From a virus: a stretch of 64,000 nucleotides of DNA. Shown piece by piece: positions 9,291 to 17,564 of the stretch. Location of the stretch: the IMG/VR virus record IMGVR_UViG_3300045988_142085, positions 96,001 through 160,000 of that record; one strand, 5' to 3'. Position 1 is the first letter of the stretch. Each line of letters begins with the position of its first letter. The notes below the pieces were generated by a model. That model was not told the origin of the DNA, ran no database searches, and was given only the letters and a program-made list of their open reading frames with translations. Position numbers and translations under genes: made by a program.

Positions 9291-9980
9291 TTAAAATACA
9301 CCAGACACGTCTTCAACTTTCTTATTCGGGATTTCACGAACAAGATTAAATGTTTTGCTAGCCAAAGCATTAATTGCACGGCTAGAAGCACTTTCTGGAC
9401 GTTTAGCATACAAGTCACCATTGTGACGAGTAGCTACAGGGTAAGAGTAGTTACCCTTCATACCATTGGCGAATTTCACGCCATCTTCTGTAATACCATC
9501 TTTGAATACCAGCATTTGACCTTCTTCAAGTGCAACGCCTTCAGGCACTACTAGGTCAAAACCAGATAATTCAGATTGACGTGTGATTCGAAGATTAATG
9601 CCAGCTTCTTTGCTAGCTTCAAGAGCTTCTGCTAAACGAGTATAAGCAGTTGTATGCTCAGGAGTGTCATATTCGCTAGTAGCGAGTTCTGCACTTTCTT
9701 CAGGAGTATTGCCTTTAGCCAACAAGCCCATCAACTGATAAGTCTTGATAGCAACAGAATCAGGCAATACCATTTGTGCTGTCATATTGTCATATTCAGC
9801 ACGACGAGAAACAAAAAGATTTACTGCATCAGCAGTATGAAGAATTGCTACCGGCACAAACGCACCTTCGCGTTTCGCCAATTTAGCAACGTTTTCTTTG
9901 CCCCATGCTTGGAATGCACGAGCAAATCCGCCAAGTTTTGTACCAGCGATAACAGATGTAATGATAATGTTTTTAGCCAT
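9291..9980 (-). CDS. hypothetical protein (229 aa), compositionally GC-richer, possibly abundant virion or early protein
   Basis: ORF track; AAGGAGG ribosome-binding site; plus-strand ORFs overlapping it are spurious. Confidence 0.55.
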   Translation of the reverse strand: MAKNIIITSVIAGTKLGGFARAFQAWGKENVAKLAKREGAFVPVAILHTADAVNLFVSRRAEYDNMTAQMVLPDSVAIKTYQLMGLLAKGNTPEESAELATSEYDTPEHTTAYTRLAEALEASKEAGINLRITRQSELSGFDLVVPEGVALEEGQMLVFKDGITEDGVKFANGMKGNYSYPVATRHNGDLYAKRPESASSRAINALASKTFNLVREIPNKKVEDVSGVF

Positions 9981-10028
9981 GATAATAGCCTCCTTAATTA
10001 AAAAATCCGATGAGGGCCGGATATCCCA

Positions 10029-10040
10029 TTATTTAAATAA
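10029..10040. promoter_or_regulatory. palindromic TTATTTAAATAA motif upstream of gene 9291..9980 (also at 8673 and 10973)
   Basis: exact 12-mer palindrome found 3 times, all intergenic in the 8.6-11 kb region. Confidence 0.3.
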
Positions 10041-10416
10041 AATTACTGCCTCCCTTATAAGACAGTATCCAATATACTAATATATATAATATATATTAAT
10101 ATACTCGATACTGCCGTCGTCTAGTTTTCACCGACGACAGTATTGTAGTAGAGAGGAGGAGAACCAAGCTTTACAGCCTGGATAAATGATACAGTCCTAG
10201 GCTAGGATTGTTTGTACATAGGAGTTCAGAAAGAGGTTTTTTGAGAACCCAAGACTATACCATTTATCCAAACGGTAAACCCGCGAAAAAGATTTCGTGG
10301 CGGAGCCGACCGAATGTCGGAAGGTGCTCTGCCGTGAATTACGCGAAAAAGAAATAGTGATAAAGGAAGAAGCGATATGATATGATATCGGCTTCTCCCT
10401 CGCCACACTGAATTAA

Positions 10417-10542
10417 TTATTTTCTTAATGCTCTGTTAGCTAAATCTGTAATCATATAACCTAGAGCAAAGAACATAATTCTAAAATACCAAGGACGTTC
10501 TTGGTAAAATTTTTCTAAAGATACTACTAAATTGTCTAACAT
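10417..10542 (-). CDS. tiny hydrophobic peptide (41 aa; ...ERPWYFRIMFFALGYMITD...)
   Basis: hand-translated; AGGAGG 8 nt upstream; paralog of the adjacent 36-aa peptide. Confidence 0.4.
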   Translation of the reverse strand: MLDNLVVSLEKFYQERPWYFRIMFFALGYMITDLANRALRK

Positions 10543-10554
10543 AATGAATTCCTC

Positions 10555-10665
10555 CTATGCTATGAATAAACTAACTAAAGAATAACCTAGAGCAAAGAAT
10601 GCAATTCTATAGCTCCATGGAGATACTTGATACCAAAGATTTAAATAATTTTTAACTGCAGACAT
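10555..10665 (-). CDS. tiny hydrophobic peptide (36 aa; ...VSPWSYRIAFFALGYSLVS...)
   Basis: hand-translated; GGAGGA ribosome-binding site; tandem paralog of 10417..10542. Confidence 0.4.
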   Translation of the reverse strand: MSAVKNYLNLWYQVSPWSYRIAFFALGYSLVSLFIA

Positions 10666-10695
10666 GATGTGTCCTCCTTTTAGACAAAATGATGC

Positions 10696-10725
10696 GGGCG
10701 TTAAATATTTATTTATCTAACGCCC
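10696..10725 (-). terminator. hairpin GGGCGTTA-14nt-TAACGCCC, terminator-like
   Basis: 8-bp stem between small genes; weak U-tract on the minus strand. Confidence 0.3.
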
Positions 10726-10732
10726 TTAAATA

Positions 10733-10891
10733 CTAATCAGCAATTATAGTTTTATAGCCATACTCATTACGAGATACAAACTGAGCACCTGGATGCTCTT
10801 TTAAAACAGAGAATACGCTATCATCAGATAGCAAAGATACATATTGGCCGTCAGCCATTTTTAATACATAATTGTAAACCATAGTAATCAT
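10733..10891 (-). CDS. small hypothetical protein (52 aa)
   Basis: hand-translated; GGAGG ribosome-binding site; preceded by conserved leader copy A. Confidence 0.4.
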   Translation of the reverse strand: MITMVYNYVLKMADGQYVSLLSDDSVFSVLKEHPGAQFVSRNEYGYKTIIAD

Positions 10892-10927
10892 TTTTAATTC
10901 CTCCTGTGATTACATATTGAATTGAGA

Positions 10928-10970
10928 TGAGAGGGAAAGCCCCTCAAATAAGATTTCGGGCCGGAGGCCC
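10928..10970 (-). promoter_or_regulatory. conserved 5' leader motif copy A (GC mini-hairpin, CGAAATnTTAT, GAGGG..CCCTC hairpin)
   Basis: 4 related copies (10928, 11287, 11915, 12306), each 30-60 nt upstream of the ribosome-binding site of a small minus-strand gene. Confidence 0.45.
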
Positions 10971-10972
10971 CT

Positions 10973-11257
10973 TTATTTAAATAAATTAATAAAACTTTGG
11001 GGAAGCTTTTTATAATCTTCTTCCTCACATATAAACATAGGATGTCTTTCATAAGAGAAGAAACTCTCTTCTTCTTCGTCCCAAATCTCGGCCCAAGCCG
11101 ATATTTCTATAAATTCTATACCGGAAGTTTGTGTCATACAACCAGCACAAACACAATCAGTATAAAATTGATTAATTATTTTATCGTAAGCCTCTTTGTA
11201 AGAGCCGGCCTCGATAATGACATCTTTATATAACTCACCGAAGAATACGTACTTCAT
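10973..11257 (-). CDS. acidic hypothetical protein (94 aa)
   Basis: ORF track; AGGAGG ribosome-binding site; leader copy B upstream. Confidence 0.5.
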   Translation of the reverse strand: MKYVFFGELYKDVIIEAGSYKEAYDKIINQFYTDCVCAGCMTQTSGIEFIEISAWAEIWDEEEESFFSYERHPMFICEEEDYKKLPQSFINLFK

Positions 11258-11286
11258 AATAATTCCTCCTCATAAGAATAAAGTAC

Positions 11287-11329
11287 TGAGAGAAAGATTC
11301 CCTCATATAAAATTTCGCCCCGGCGGGGC
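11287..11329 (-). promoter_or_regulatory. conserved 5' leader motif copy B
   Basis: TGAGAGAAAGATTCCCTCATATAAAATTTCG plus CCCCGGCGGGG hairpin. Confidence 0.45.
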
Positions 11330-11605
11330 AAGGTCACACTAGTAAACTGATACCGCCGGATTGAATAAATTAAATTAATAAAATAAGTTTAGATAAAAAA
11401 TGTATTAAGGACTACGCCGTAATCCAGAATAAGGTGACAGTCGAATATTTGACGACCAGAGACGAAATGATGCGGGCCACACCCCAATATCATGAGCGTC
11501 GGAAGTCAAATATGGTCCCGTGTGCGGGCGACTGCCACCGTTCTTTATTTAAAAAAATTAAGCTTTAGCTACAAGATATATATCTCATAACTAAAGCTTT
11601 AAATG

Positions 11606-11857
11606 TTATGCTTCGCAATTATAATGATTTACTACTTTCACGTGTTCATTATAAATGCTTTTTCTGTTGTGTGGCCAGAAGTCTGCATGCTCCCAATTTC
11701 CGGAAGCCAAATAAAATTCCACCATATCCTCATATTGTGCTTCGAGTTCTTTTAGTCTGGTGTAAGCCACATTACAGCTGTTTGTGTCTACGACCTCGAA
11801 GCAATCGATGATATAAGAATTTTCAGTAAGTTGTTGAATGCCGATAATAGAAATCAT
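11606..11857 (-). CDS. hypothetical protein (83 aa; start moved to internal Met MISIIGIQQ...)
   Basis: ORF-track ORF trimmed: the internal ATG has an AGGAGA ribosome-binding site and sits downstream of leader copy C, which would otherwise lie inside the ORF. Confidence 0.45.
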   Translation of the reverse strand: MISIIGIQQLTENSYIIDCFEVVDTNSCNVAYTRLKELEAQYEDMVEFYLASGNWEHADFWPHNRKSIYNEHVKVVNHYNCEA

Positions 11858-11914
11858 GATAGTCTCCTCTGCCGGATTATAGTGGTCGGTCGCACTTAAT
11901 ATTAAATAATATAA

Positions 11915-11957
11915 TGAGAGAAAATTTCCCTCATAATAAATTTCGCTCCGGAGGAGC
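11915..11957 (-). promoter_or_regulatory. conserved 5' leader motif copy C
   Basis: TGAGAGAAAATTTCCCTCATAATAAATTTCG plus CTCCGGAG palindrome. Confidence 0.45.
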
Positions 11958-12005
11958 CTTCTATTTTTGTAGAATGCTTGTTCCAGAGCGAAAGTATTCG
12001 GGAAG

Positions 12006-12275
12006 CTATGCTTCCCGAACAAGAATATCATCTGGGACGCACCCAGACGCAAAATGTAGGTAGGTTACGTCTCCGACAATGAAGCCGGGCGCTAACCCAA
12101 CTCCATTATCTAAATTCATAACTACAGGTATACTACCTGTAACATCAATGCCAATAGAAGCATAAGCTTCTTTAACATCATAAACAGAAGAACATGGTTC
12201 TACTGCTTTTAATTCAGCGGAACCTTTAAATACAAAACCCTCGGCATAAGCGCCGTAAATAACGATAGTGTTCAT
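12006..12275 (-). CDS. hypothetical protein (89 aa; start moved to MNTIVIYGAYAEG...)
   Basis: internal ATG with AGGAGG ribosome-binding site; leader copy D upstream. Confidence 0.45.
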   Translation of the reverse strand: MNTIVIYGAYAEGFVFKGSAELKAVEPCSSVYDVKEAYASIGIDVTGSIPVVMNLDNGVGLAPGFIVGDVTYLHFASGCVPDDILVREA

Positions 12276-12305
12276 GATTAAACCTCCTATGAACAACAAC
12301 AATAC

Positions 12306-12347
12306 TGAGGGCAAATTTACCCTCATATAAAATTTCGTAGCGGAGCG
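12306..12347 (-). promoter_or_regulatory. conserved 5' leader motif copy D
   Basis: TGAGGGCAAATTTACCCTCATATAAAATTTCG... Confidence 0.45.
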
Positions 12348-12469
12348 TTTGCTTTCTCTTTAGCTGTGCTCTACTACTAATAAGAAATGGGGCGTATCCG
12401 TTATGGACTAAGGAAAGAACGTTGGATATTCTTTGCCTTAATCCCTAACGGGCCCCGAAGGGGAATCTG

Positions 12470-13531
12470 TTAATCCAATACTGTAAGCATCAAAGCCACA
12501 GATTTGATTTCTTTTCCTCCTTTCTCGAACTGATTAAAGCACATATTATCCACATGTACTCTAACCTTAACAGATCCGTAAAGCTTTGTAATCATTTCAC
12601 GGATTTCGCCTGAAAGAGATAGACCGCACAATTGTACATAGCCTTCACCTTTTAAGCTTTTGACATATAGACCATCAGATGGAGCTTTGCCATCTAAACC
12701 TTTACAAATGTGAAGGTCTTTATTTTTGGCAACAGAACCATCCATTAATATAAACTCTTCATAGCGAGTTACTTCGCCATTAGAATTTTCATTTCGATAA
12801 CCTTGAGCCATCGCAATATTTTTAGCAGCATTAGCAAAGTCTGCAGATTTTACTAACAACTGTTTTTTAGGACGGTCTAATTCCATACCGTCTAATGGAG
12901 TAACAATGATATACAGAGATCTGTTCTCTCTAATGAATAACTCATATGACCCATTTACTGTAGGGTCACAGAATAAATATTCATCAGAGCTAAGGCCCTT
13001 ATTGAAGAAGACGTATTCGCCTTCTTCTTCGTCAAGACCTGTTGCAGGACGATACGCATCTGCAGCGCCCTTAAATCTTGGAGTCACTTCTACTATACGA
13101 AGAGACTCTAGTTGCTTCTCTTCACTAGCATGTTCCCATGCATAGTGAACAAGGTCTTTTTTAAGGCATACACTGCCATAAATAAAACCTTGTTTACGAG
13201 CTTCTTCATAAACATTTGTTTCGTCTGGATTAATGCCCATGCCCCAGATAAGCATGTTGCGAACATAATTCGCAATCTTGGACATTGGAGAGCTCATTAG
13301 CTCTCCTTTAATGTTCTCATTGGAGGACTTTCTAATGTCCTCAATGAGTTCATTTACATAACCAGTAAGGCCTTTAGCGTTACTGGTTTCTTTTTTTAGA
13401 TTGATGCCGTATGCATTTACAACATCTTTAAGTTGCTCAAGAGCTACTTGAGCAACCTCATTTTGAATTTTGTATAATCCAGAAGAAATACCTAAACTTT
13501 TCACTTGTTGGTTATTTTTTACTAATTTCAT
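12470..13531 (-). CDS. hypothetical protein (353 aa), GC-richer block
   Basis: ORF track; overlaps the upstream gene by 4 nt (ATGA); no motif recognised. Confidence 0.55.
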   Translation of the reverse strand: MKLVKNNQQVKSLGISSGLYKIQNEVAQVALEQLKDVVNAYGINLKKETSNAKGLTGYVNELIEDIRKSSNENIKGELMSSPMSKIANYVRNMLIWGMGINPDETNVYEEARKQGFIYGSVCLKKDLVHYAWEHASEEKQLESLRIVEVTPRFKGAADAYRPATGLDEEEGEYVFFNKGLSSDEYLFCDPTVNGSYELFIRENRSLYIIVTPLDGMELDRPKKQLLVKSADFANAAKNIAMAQGYRNENSNGEVTRYEEFILMDGSVAKNKDLHICKGLDGKAPSDGLYVKSLKGEGYVQLCGLSLSGEIREMITKLYGSVKVRVHVDNMCFNQFEKGGKEIKSVALMLTVLD

Positions 13532-14928
13532 TTTGTTTCTCCTTTTAGGTACTCGCGACCAATTTTTACTGCGTCGCTTAATGTTAAAGTACCTTCTTCT
13601 AAATTAAAATCAATACATGCGTATTGTTTTCTACGCATAGAGTGAATACCTTTAAGCATATCGCCCAAAGGATCGAAAGCTGTGCCAGGACCAGCTTTGG
13701 CCATATCAATGATATGACCAATGATACTTGGCGCGATAATTAATACGTCGACCAAGTAATTTAATATGGATTTATCATCCATATTAGAAGCCAAGAAATC
13801 TTCATACATGGCTTTAACTTTATCTGTACAACATTCATCTTCATGAATATCGACATTAGCCATATAATGACGTTGATATTCTGGCTTGGATACATCCACT
13901 TTGAGATCAAGATTCTTGCGAATAATGTCGCAAGACTGATGGAACACGATTGTTCCTCGTGTTCCAACTATTTCAAGAACGAGGGAAGATTTGTTTACAT
14001 ATTTTCCCACATTCATGTCGGTCAAGCCAGACACAAATACGTTCTCGATAAATTCAGCATAACTAGCTGCTTCAAGTAAGCCTTGAGCAGCTACCTCGCT
14101 TTTAATGCCTACCATATAATGGACCTTGCCATCATATAGATCAGCATCAGAACCGACCAACCACAGATGTTTATCTGTGTCATGATCGGAACCGCCTTGA
14201 GACATTTTAAAGTACTCAGAGCCTGTGCAGATGAAACCAGAAATCGGAATCATCTTCAATTCGTCAGCTGCAGCATTAACTAAACCTTGAGCTAACTTTT
14301 CAAGGTTTTTTACCACGCCTTTGGACGCTAAATATTTCATGGCGTCCTTAACGTATTCGTCATATCTGTTATTTAACAGATTAACGAAATGCTGTGCAGG
14401 TAAAATCACAGCGTTGTAAGATTCTCCAGCATGTGGGAATCTTATACCTTCAGCCTTAATACCAAGACCAAGGTTTAGACAAAGTTCCATAAGTTCTTTG
14501 TCATTTTTTGCAGCAATAAGTTCTGCTTTAATTTCGTCAGAAACTTCATTGCCTACAACATCAATGGCACGATATCCGCACTTTCTTAAAGTACGGATAA
14601 ACTTAGTATTAGAAACACCGATTTGGTGTTCCTCTACTAAGCGTGTCAGAGAAAATTTTAATATAGGATCTACCTCTGCAGTAGCCATAAAGCTGCCACA
14701 GTTAGAGTCCCACTTAGAGTCCTCAAACATCTTGTTTAAGGCCTCAACTATATTCTTCACGAAAGATATCCCAATTTGGGAATCTTCTTGAAGTATTTGA
14801 GGCATAAGAGCTACAGCTCTATCTACCTCAGATCCATGAAAGTTGCCATTGAAATGAGCATTAATTTTTGCTGCCACTTCTTTTTTAGCCACTTGAGCGA
14901 TGTACGCTCTATTTAACTTTTTATTCAT
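13528..14928 (-). CDS. hypothetical protein (466 aa), Cys-containing and enzyme-like; function not identifiable from sequence
   Basis: ORF track; GGAGAAAA ribosome-binding site; visibly GC-richer than the phage background. Confidence 0.55.
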   Translation of the reverse strand: MNKKLNRAYIAQVAKKEVAAKINAHFNGNFHGSEVDRAVALMPQILQEDSQIGISFVKNIVEALNKMFEDSKWDSNCGSFMATAEVDPILKFSLTRLVEEHQIGVSNTKFIRTLRKCGYRAIDVVGNEVSDEIKAELIAAKNDKELMELCLNLGLGIKAEGIRFPHAGESYNAVILPAQHFVNLLNNRYDEYVKDAMKYLASKGVVKNLEKLAQGLVNAAADELKMIPISGFICTGSEYFKMSQGGSDHDTDKHLWLVGSDADLYDGKVHYMVGIKSEVAAQGLLEAASYAEFIENVFVSGLTDMNVGKYVNKSSLVLEIVGTRGTIVFHQSCDIIRKNLDLKVDVSKPEYQRHYMANVDIHEDECCTDKVKAMYEDFLASNMDDKSILNYLVDVLIIAPSIIGHIIDMAKAGPGTAFDPLGDMLKGIHSMRRKQYACIDFNLEEGTLTLSDAVKIGREYLKGETK

Positions 14929-14958
14929 TATTTTTTCTCCTCTTTCTGAACAAAGCTC

Positions 14959-16068
14959 CTACACAACATATTGGCAATGTTGCGTGGAGATCCTCCCACG
15001 AGTCTCGTGGAAGAATTGTAAAATACGCCACTCCCATGCTTTAGGAGATGGCGCCAATTCAGGTGTACGTTTCATGCCATTCTCATCAGTAATTGCTAAA
15101 AGCTTACCAGAAGGATTACCAAAGATGGCAACATTATAATTACCTTTCTTATAATAATCACTAAAATGTTCGGCATGGATCACACCATATTCCATACCGT
15201 AAACCATAACTTTGTCCATGGCCAAGAAGGCTTGTTTCCAAGCTTCCATAGACTTAGCATGGAGTGGCTGAGAACCAACCTTAATTGATAAGGCTGTAAT
15301 TCTCATTTGATGGTAGCTAGGTTTACTAGCCGGCATGCCATATGTATCACAAAACCACTCGTGGTTGTGATACGCCATGCCATCATAGCTATCACCAAAC
15401 TCGGTCGAATCGAGCTTAGGTACGATTGCAATGCAATCTTTGTTTAAGTCGATTCCAATAGTTTGTGATGGAGCTGCAAATAGCCCAATATAAGTGTTGA
15501 GCTTTTGCGCTTTACCAGGCGTTAGTGCAATGGCATGGAAGCCTTGTGCACATAACGCTTGTACACGAGCCTCGAACTTTTCACGTTCGGACTCGAATAC
15601 CATTACTACCATCAATTGCCGAATCATTGATGGTGATAATTGTAGTGCATTTAAATAACGAAGCAATGGATGTTTCTTCGTCATTTCAAGCATTGCAATA
15701 ACATCTTGAACTTCTCTTAAGTGAGAAAAGTCCAATTTCGCTATCCCTGGGATATAAGCATTCGTGTCAACGAATACTTTATTTTCCCATCTTACACCAT
15801 CGGATGGGCCATCTAAACAGATGACACCAGTAGCAATACTGGCACGAATTGTATCCCCATGCTCGAGAATACCAGAAACTGGAAGACTGGAAATGCTAGC
15901 ATGCGCTAATGGCACACGAGCCTTTCCCTTCAACTCAAACGTGAAGCTAGACACATTTGCAGTTTCAAACTGCTGTAATGCGCCTAGATCTTCCATATGG
16001 TTATGGAAGACTTGTTTTACTGCCTCTTGAGTAGCACGTTGTTTTCTTAGTGATTTAATTTTATCCAT
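14959..16068 (-). CDS. hypothetical protein (369 aa), GC-richer block
   Basis: ORF track; AGGAG ribosome-binding site. Confidence 0.55.
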   Translation of the reverse strand: MDKIKSLRKQRATQEAVKQVFHNHMEDLGALQQFETANVSSFTFELKGKARVPLAHASISSLPVSGILEHGDTIRASIATGVICLDGPSDGVRWENKVFVDTNAYIPGIAKLDFSHLREVQDVIAMLEMTKKHPLLRYLNALQLSPSMIRQLMVVMVFESEREKFEARVQALCAQGFHAIALTPGKAQKLNTYIGLFAAPSQTIGIDLNKDCIAIVPKLDSTEFGDSYDGMAYHNHEWFCDTYGMPASKPSYHQMRITALSIKVGSQPLHAKSMEAWKQAFLAMDKVMVYGMEYGVIHAEHFSDYYKKGNYNVAIFGNPSGKLLAITDENGMKRTPELAPSPKAWEWRILQFFHETRGRISTQHCQYVV

Positions 16069-16144
16069 ATTTTTATTACTCCTCTTATAAATAAAACAAA
16101 TAAAAATAGTTTAACGTCATTTCGGACAAATGGCATTAACAGAT

Positions 16145-16651
16145 CTACTTAATTTGTTTAAGATCTGTATAGCCTTCAAAAGTTTTGGATGGAGCATGAT
16201 TCTCTCTCATCCATGTTTTAGCTTCCTCTAAGCCATTGAAACCTTTATATTTGGCGCTTTTGCCATTAGTAAGCTCTTTGCATCGAGCCCACTTCAAAAC
16301 AAAACCTGTGAACTCTTTGCTAATAATAGCATAAAAGTTCTTGTTTTGACCTTCCGGTCTTACAAATTCACCGTTGGCTTCTTCAACTTCTTTTTTTATG
16401 GTCGTATGTTTAGACCAGAAAAACTCATTCTTTTCTGGTCCAGCAACGGCCATTAGCTTATCGTTTTTAGAAGAAAATACTCCGCAGAAACGCGGATCTT
16501 TTTTAGAGACTCTCACTTCCGTTTCTATGCCTTTGCTAGCATAGTATTCGGAAGCATCTAAGCAGAACTTCTCTGCAGAACGACTGCTTGTTTCAACTAC
16601 TTTACGATAAGAACCATTAGATAATACTTCGATAAAAATAACGTTAGTCAT
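16145..16651 (-). CDS. protein with a C-terminal RNase H1-type hybrid-binding (HBD/Cauli_VI-like) domain and no recognisable RNase H catalytic domain (168 aa; start moved to MTNVIFIEV...)
   Basis: C-terminus FYAIISKEFTGFVLKWARCKELTNGKSAKYKGFNGLEEAKTWM resembles the HBD consensus; AGGAGG ribosome-binding site 9 nt before the internal ATG. Confidence 0.45.
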   Translation of the reverse strand: MTNVIFIEVLSNGSYRKVVETSSRSAEKFCLDASEYYASKGIETEVRVSKKDPRFCGVFSSKNDKLMAVAGPEKNEFFWSKHTTIKKEVEEANGEFVRPEGQNKNFYAIISKEFTGFVLKWARCKELTNGKSAKYKGFNGLEEAKTWMRENHAPSKTFEGYTDLKQIK

Positions 16652-17102
16652 GACTTTTTCCTCCTCATCATGAATAAAATAAATAAAAATAAAGGGCATA
16701 ATATATCCCTTATATAAGAGCTACATATTGTATATTTTTATATAGCTCTTATATAAAGAATGAGTTAGTATTTATATAGCGTCCTAACTCACGACGCTTA
16801 AACATCTTTCATAATGTTCACCTCCAGATGGCAGCTTTCGATCCTCCAGGAGTTTGCTATATCTTTGTATAGCAATACCGCTGCCACACCTTGTTGCTCA
16901 ATAGATAGATATTTCCTTATGGATATCTATTAAGCCAGAATATGACATCATAGGGGCAGAGTCCTTCTCTGCATCCACCTCCGCCATATTAAAGCCATCT
17001 TTTGCTGTTAATAGCCAGGCAGGTCTTTCCTAGGTAGTTCATAAGGTACCAGCTTTTACATGCATCCATAATAGCATCACCTCCTCATATATGGATACTA
17101 TA

Positions 17103-17489
17103 TTATTTAAAATGATGCCATATTGTCATGGCAGAATCACGACTGGATTCGTGATCCCATACCAAACGATAGGCGTCATTTTTCTTCAAGTATCTTTTAA
17201 ACTTACGGAATCCGTAAGTGTGGAATGATACTTGAAGTTTCTGACCGTTTACTCTGCATGTGAAGTAAACGATCAGGTTTTCATCATTATCGACAACTCT
17301 ATATCGGAAGGAACTGTTCCGATCAGAAACGATCAAGTTCAAAGCCTTCTCGATATAGTTATCTTTTATATCATATCCTTGATACCATGCACTCTTGTTC
17401 ATATGCATGATCTCACGAATACCTTTTCCGCCATCTGATGCTACTTGAGCATCCAATATGGCTTTCGCAACAATACGATCTCTGTTCAT
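17103..17489 (-). CDS. hypothetical protein (128 aa)
   Basis: ORF track; AGGAGG ribosome-binding site. Confidence 0.5.
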   Translation of the reverse strand: MNRDRIVAKAILDAQVASDGGKGIREIMHMNKSAWYQGYDIKDNYIEKALNLIVSDRNSSFRYRVVDNDENLIVYFTCRVNGQKLQVSFHTYGFRKFKRYLKKNDAYRLVWDHESSRDSAMTIWHHFK

Positions 17490-17564
17490 TTACTTCACCT
17501 CCTTTATCTAAACGAACAGAACAACTTAGCTATAGTTTATAGTCATACAGCTGGACTATGTTGT

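Noticed and set aside
9221-10408. Several 60-115-aa ORFs on both strands (9221..9421, 9276..9554, 9654..10001, 9898..10080, 10197..10406, 10226..10408)
   Set aside because: They overlap gene 9291..9980 in other frames or lie in structured noncoding DNA. They have no ribosome-binding sites and implausible composition.
12470-16068. Specific enzymatic assignments (NAMPT-like, PurZ, RtcB, CD-NTase) for the GC-rich block proteins
   Set aside because: Diagnostic motifs were checked (DSYK/GTxAH, GDEGKGK, NHAGRG-like, GS...DxD) and none is convincingly present.
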